A stretch of DNA of 32,000 nt, from assembly GCF_003945235.1 (NCBI RefSeq), contig NZ_RSDW01000001.1, positions 1,950,001 through 1,982,000 on the forward strand, in the 5' to 3' direction. This document shows positions 30,164-32,000 of the stretch, one piece after another (positions within the stretch are counted from its first letter, which is position 1; the number at the start of each line of letters is the position of its first letter). The DNA is from Edaphobacter aggregans (GTDB lineage Bacteria > Acidobacteriota > Terriglobia > Terriglobales > Acidobacteriaceae). The position numbers and the translations under genes are program-made. The notes beneath the pieces are model-generated. The model did not search any database, was not told where the DNA came from, and saw only the letters and a program-made list of their open reading frames with translations.

Positions 30164-30678
30164 ACGCCGTTATCACCCTGCGCGTCATCGACCCCACCAA
30201 AGCCGTCATCGAGGTCACAAACTACATCTACCAGACCTCCCAGTTCGCCCAGACGACACTCCGCTCGGTCCTCGGCGAGGTCAACCTTGATGAACTCCTC
30301 GCCCACCGCGAGACCCTCAACCAGCGCATCCAGACCATCATCGACGGCCACACCGCGCCCTTCGGCGTAAAAGTCGTCTCCGTCGAAGTCAAGCAGGTCG
30401 ACATGCCCGAATCCATGCTCCGCGCCATGGCCAAACAAGCCGAAGCCGAGCGCGAAGCCCGTGCCAAGATCATCCACGCCGAAGGCGAGTTCAACGCCGC
30501 CGCCAAGCTGGTCGACGCCGCCACTCTCATGGCCACCCAGCCCATGACCCTCCAACTCCGCTACCTCCAGACCCTCACCGAGATAGGTGTCGAGAAGAAT
30601 ACGACCATCGTCTTCCCTCTTCCAATGGAGCTCATGAACCTGTTGAATAAAACATTGACACCGGGCTCCGAGAAGTAA
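29917..30678 (+). CDS. SPFH/band-7 (stomatin/slipin-like, QmcA/YbbK-type) membrane protein, 253 aa
   Basis: The product begins [36 protein letters not shown]. It also has [80 protein letters not shown] and NTTIVFPLP. The start is re-set from the track's 29866. Confidence 0.92.
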   Translation: MSLPALIVIAIIILYIINSIKILKEYERGVIFRLGRISPAKGPGVILVFRPLDQIVRVSLRQEAMEVPPQDVITKDNVTLKVNAVITLRVIDPTKAVIEVTNYIYQTSQFAQTTLRSVLGEVNLDELLAHRETLNQRIQTIIDGHTAPFGVKVVSVEVKQVDMPESMLRAMAKQAEAEREARAKIIHAEGEFNAAAKLVDAATLMATQPMTLQLRYLQTLTEIGVEKNTTIVFPLPMELMNLLNKTLTPGSEK

Positions 30679-30713
30679 AAGAAAGTAGCAAGAGAGAGAA
30701 GAAGGAACGATCC

Positions 30714-31346
30714 GTGAACAGCCGCTACAACGAGGAACCCGACCTCCAAGACTACCAGGAGAGCACCGGCGAGCGCGAGATCTCCCTCAACACCGCCACC
30801 ATTCTCGGCATCTTCTTCCTCCTTGCTCTCCTCTGCGCCATCTTCTTCGGCTTCGGCTACACAATGGGCCGCCGGACCACCTCGCCAGCCGCGGCACCCA
30901 TAGCCGACACATCCTCAACCCTCGCCACCAACGGCAGCGCCAAACCTGCCCCCGGAAGCGCCGCCCCACAACTCACCCGTAAAGCCGTCGACGACGACAC
31001 AACCCCCACTCCGCCCACGATCCAACAAGTAGCCCAACCCCTCGAGAAGCCCGCAGCCCCCACCCCCGAACCCCCAAAGGCCGCGCCCGTAGCCGCCGCC
31101 CCAGCTGTCGCAGCCACAACCCCAGACGGCCCTCCAGCAGTAGTCCAGGTAGCCGCCGTCTCGCATCAAGAAGACGCCGACACCCTCGTCAACGCTCTCA
31201 AGCGCCGAGGCTATAGCGTAGTCGTACGCCACGAGCCACAGGACAAGCTTCTGCACATCCAGATAGGCCCGCTAGCCAGCAAGAAGGATGCCGAGGCCAT
31301 GCGCCAGCGCCTCCTCTCCGACGGCTACAACGCCATCGTCAAATAA
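30714..31346 (+). CDS. SPOR-domain (septal peptidoglycan-binding) single-pass membrane protein, 210 aa
   Basis: The start is GTG with GAAGGA 7 nt upstream. The product has a TM segment (ILGIFFLLALLCAIFFGFGY) and a Pro/Ala-rich linker. Its C-terminal SPOR-like block is VVQVAAVSHQEDADTLVNALKRRGYSVVVR...LLHIQIGPLASKKDAEAMRQRLLSDGYNAIV. Confidence 0.8.
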   Translation: MNSRYNEEPDLQDYQESTGEREISLNTATILGIFFLLALLCAIFFGFGYTMGRRTTSPAAAPIADTSSTLATNGSAKPAPGSAAPQLTRKAVDDDTTPTPPTIQQVAQPLEKPAAPTPEPPKAAPVAAAPAVAATTPDGPPAVVQVAAVSHQEDADTLVNALKRRGYSVVVRHEPQDKLLHIQIGPLASKKDAEAMRQRLLSDGYNAIVK

Positions 31347-31366
31347 CAATTGTCATTTTCAAAAGT

Positions 31367-31436
31367 GTGATCCTGAGCGGAGCTATTCACAGCCTCATCG
31401 TGAATAGCGCAGTCGAAGATCTGTTGTTGTTTTCTT
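31367..31436 (+). repeat. Intergenic repeat, copy E5 (long form with variable-stem hairpin)
   Basis: GTGATCCTGAGCGGA is followed by the hairpin GCTATTCAC-AGCCTCATC-GTGAATAGC (31382-31408). Then come GCAGTCGAAGATCTG and TTGTTGTTGTTTTC. Confidence 0.85.
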
Positions 31437-31460
31437 CACCGAGAAACGTCCGCAGTCTAA

Positions 31461-32000
31461 CTAGGTAGTCGCAGAGTCCACCGGCTTCATCTGTTCCGGC
31501 AGAGCCTCCGCAATCGCCTGCCGAACCGCTCGCAGCAACTCCTCACGAGTCGCATAATCCGCAGGCTCAACCACAGGCAGCATCTGGACCCGCGCCACTC
31601 CAGGCGTAATCGCAACACTGCCCTTGTGCATCATCGTCTCGGTCCCCGAGATCGCAATCGGAACAATCGGAGCCTGCGTCTGCTGCGCCAGATAGAAAGG
31701 TCCCTTCTTGAAGGTCATCAGTCTCCCATCCCGCGACCGCGTCCCTTCAGGAAACACCAGAATATGCAGCCCCGACTTCAGCGCCTCGCCAGCCGCAATG
31801 ACACTCGCTTGAGCTGCGTCCCGGTTCCCTCCACGTTCCACGGGCACAAACCCGCCCATCCGCATCGCCCGCCCAAGGATAGGAATGTTCATCAGCTCCT
31901 TCTTCAGCAGCACCGAACTCCTCCCCGGCAACATCGGCAGCAACACCGGAGGATCCAGGTTCGACACATGGTTACACATGTAGATGGAAGGCCGATCCGT
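31461..32000 (-). CDS. plsC: 1-acyl-sn-glycerol-3-phosphate acyltransferase (PlsC/LPLAT family), C-terminal part; the gene continues past the right edge
   Basis: The frame stays open upstream of the track Met (..TDRPSIYMCNHVSNLDPP), so the true start lies beyond 32000. The acyltransferase motifs NHxSxLD (NHVSNLD), FPEGTRS and IVPIAISG are present. Confidence 0.85.
   Translation of the reverse strand, partial: TDRPSIYMCNHVSNLDPPVLLPMLPGRSSVLLKKELMNIPILGRAMRMGGFVPVERGGNRDAAQASVIAAGEALKSGLHILVFPEGTRSRDGRLMTFKKGPFYLAQQTQAPIVPIAISGTETMMHKGSVAITPGVARVQMLPVVEPADYATREELLRAVRQAIAEALPEQMKPVDSATT

Noticed and set aside
29283-30555. ORFs 29311..29826 (+), 29283..29588 (-), 29114..29524 (-) and 29647..30555 (-, 302 aa)
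   Set aside because: They are extremely Pro/Arg- or Gly/Asp-rich, overlap the Cys/His-rich and SPFH genes, and have no independent support.

Overview
This is a high-GC bacterial chromosomal segment. It is most consistent with an Acidobacteriota (Terriglobia-like) genome. That placement is an inference from a 1166-aa carboxypeptidase-regulatory-domain TonB-dependent receptor, the gene content and a typical intergenic repeat family; no database search was possible. I support about 31 protein genes, one tRNA-Leu(UAG), several intrinsic-terminator hairpins and six co-oriented copies of a modular intergenic repeat. Many long ORFs in the track are rejected as antisense or out-of-frame shadows of real genes, which is the usual high-GC artefact. 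Several track ORFs also carry false N-terminal extensions or GTG/TTG starts, which I re-set from the sequence. Housekeeping genes include gnd, rlmN, erpA, plsC, a GspE/GspF-type ATPase and platform pair, an SPFH protein and a SPOR protein. Three observations deserve a second look. (1) At 8138-11420 an XRE-family repressor gene leads an operon of four tandem, diverged paralogous polytopic membrane proteins of unknown function. They are joined by repeated CGGGAGGYGTGATG stop/start junctions, and two of them share a 45-nt near-identical block. (2) At 15523-24527 every enzyme in a cluster carries an export signal: a Tat-signal HisC-like PLP aminotransferase, a Sec-signal M19 dipeptidase, and a Tat-signal FAD amino-acid/amine oxidase co-transcribed with a Sec-signal RidA imine deaminase. 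The cluster lies next to a TonB-dependent receptor and suggests an extracytoplasmic peptide/amino-acid deamination module. (3) The repeat family includes three copies of a hairpin with a near-constant 9-nt loop and fully compensated, variable stems. Smaller items are a Gln116 (QxHxDH) subclass-B3 metallo-beta-lactamase, a lower-GC two-gene islet coupled by GTGA, and a Cys/His-rich ORF that reads through a degenerate repeat 247 nt into the next gene.
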